Below are positions 16,532-17,364 of a DNA stretch of 17,364 nt, in pieces. The position numbers and the translations under genes were made by a program. Below the pieces are notes generated by a model. The model made no database searches. It was not told where the DNA came from and saw only the letters and a list, made by a program, of their open reading frames with translations. The DNA comes from Planctomycetota bacterium (GTDB lineage: Bacteria; Planctomycetota; UBA1135), in assembly GCA_045047305.1 (NCBI GenBank), contig JASFYO010000071.1, forward strand, positions 1 through 17,364. The letters run 5' to 3'. Numbering within the stretch: the first letter of the stretch is position 1; the number at the start of each line of letters is the position of its first letter.

Positions 16532-16966
16532 TCAATCCAAAGCAGACCGTTGGCGCATGGCAGCGATCCATATAAAAAGGACACCTCCCAGCATGCCGAG
16601 GAACATGTCCAGGAGGGTATCGTCCAAACTTAGTTGTGCCGTGGTAAGGCCTATAGAATCTGTCCACCATTCAGCAAATTCCCAAACAGCAGTGGTTGCT
16701 CCGACGGCACACAAGGTGAATAGTTGACGTCCGCTAGAAGGCATAGCTCCAATTACGGGGCCTGCCGCAGGGTGATGCAAACTCTTCCAATAAAACTGCG
16801 CGATGACAGCTCCACCAAAAAAGTGCATGGGGATATCGAGCCTCGGAAAATGTAAGTAGGCGTCCATTCCCTTTGACACGCCAAGGTGCACACTAAAGAA
16901 AAGGATTGGGAGCCAACCATATCTCCAAATGCAACCCTGGGCCCAACGTAATGCTTCTCGATTCAT
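16532..16966 (-). CDS. Small integral membrane protein (DUF2238/VanZ-like)
   Basis: Four TM segments with polar motifs LDIPMHFFGG, VWEFAEW and DDTLLDM. ATGA overlap with the GST stop. Confidence 0.75.
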   Translation of the reverse strand: MNREALRWAQGCIWRYGWLPILFFSVHLGVSKGMDAYLHFPRLDIPMHFFGGAVIAQFYWKSLHHPAAGPVIGAMPSSGRQLFTLCAVGATTAVWEFAEWWTDSIGLTTAQLSLDDTLLDMFLGMLGGVLFIWIAAMRQRSALD

Positions 16967-17364
16967 AACCAGTCAATCTTGATGGGAGCAGCATCGGCCA
17001 CCCATGGAGAATGCTTCTCCATGATACTCAGGAATCGCGGTGAAGCGATAAATGCATCTAACCAAGCACGCAGATGTGGCCATGGTTGGGTATCGAACCA
17101 ATTTCGGTCGGCAAAGGCAAACTGACGGACAAATGGAGCAAGGGCCATATCAGCTAGGCAAGGCTTGTCCTGCAATAGAAAAGTGTTTGTCTGAAGACGC
17201 TCTTCCAGATGAAGCAAAAACGCCGATGCAGCACTACGATGCTCTTGCGCGCAAACACCTGCATAACGATTCGCATATTTATAGCGATCAAGGTGGTGCT
17301 TGAAATCTCCATCGCAACAGTGGACAAGCGCATTCATAGCCTTTTCCAGCTCCGGCGTTGCGGG
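16963..17364 (-). CDS. Glutathione S-transferase, C-terminal part (5'-partial)
   Basis: The frame is open to the window edge (PATPELEKA precedes the track's Met). DGDFKHHLDRYKY, LADMALAPFVRQFA and WPHLRAWL are typical of the GST C-terminal domain. Confidence 0.9.
   Translation of the reverse strand, partial: PATPELEKAMNALVHCCDGDFKHHLDRYKYANRYAGVCAQEHRSAASAFLLHLEERLQTNTFLLQDKPCLADMALAPFVRQFAFADRNWFDTQPWPHLRAWLDAFIASPRFLSIMEKHSPWVADAAPIKIDWL

Overview
A gene-dense bacterial window of moderately high GC (roughly mid-50s %, judged by eye). The secreted proteins (DUF1570-like zincin, FG-GAP protein) suggest an uncultured Planctomycetota-like genome, which is inference only. Left arm (+ strand, tightly packed): apt (5'-truncated), an orphan FliA/WhiG sigma-28 factor, a HTH-less biotin ligase, rph and a membrane-anchored metallophosphoesterase. 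Next on the - strand come a small Cys/Pro-rich lipoprotein, a 7-blade FG-GAP protein with an unexplained ~100-aa C-terminal tail, and a membrane protein. After gdhA (+) comes a - strand run: phnA/yjdM-like, a degraded HEAT-like ORF, a GNAT, a Na+/Pi cotransporter and a stand-alone PhoU-domain protein. The right arm has a coupled secreted HExxH zincin plus 17-repeat ankyrin pair, a DUF6940-like gene divergent from an EEP-family gene, a small membrane protein and a truncated GST. I found no RNA genes, CRISPR arrays or mobile elements. The most notable signals are the candidate C-terminal sorting domain with Gln at +1 of all three signal-peptide proteins, the zincin-ankyrin pair, TAnnnT boxes 5-6 nt before several start codons (leaderless-type), and A-N3-TA-N3-T overlapping -10 boxes in divergent gaps. 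None is proven to be a new system from sequence alone.
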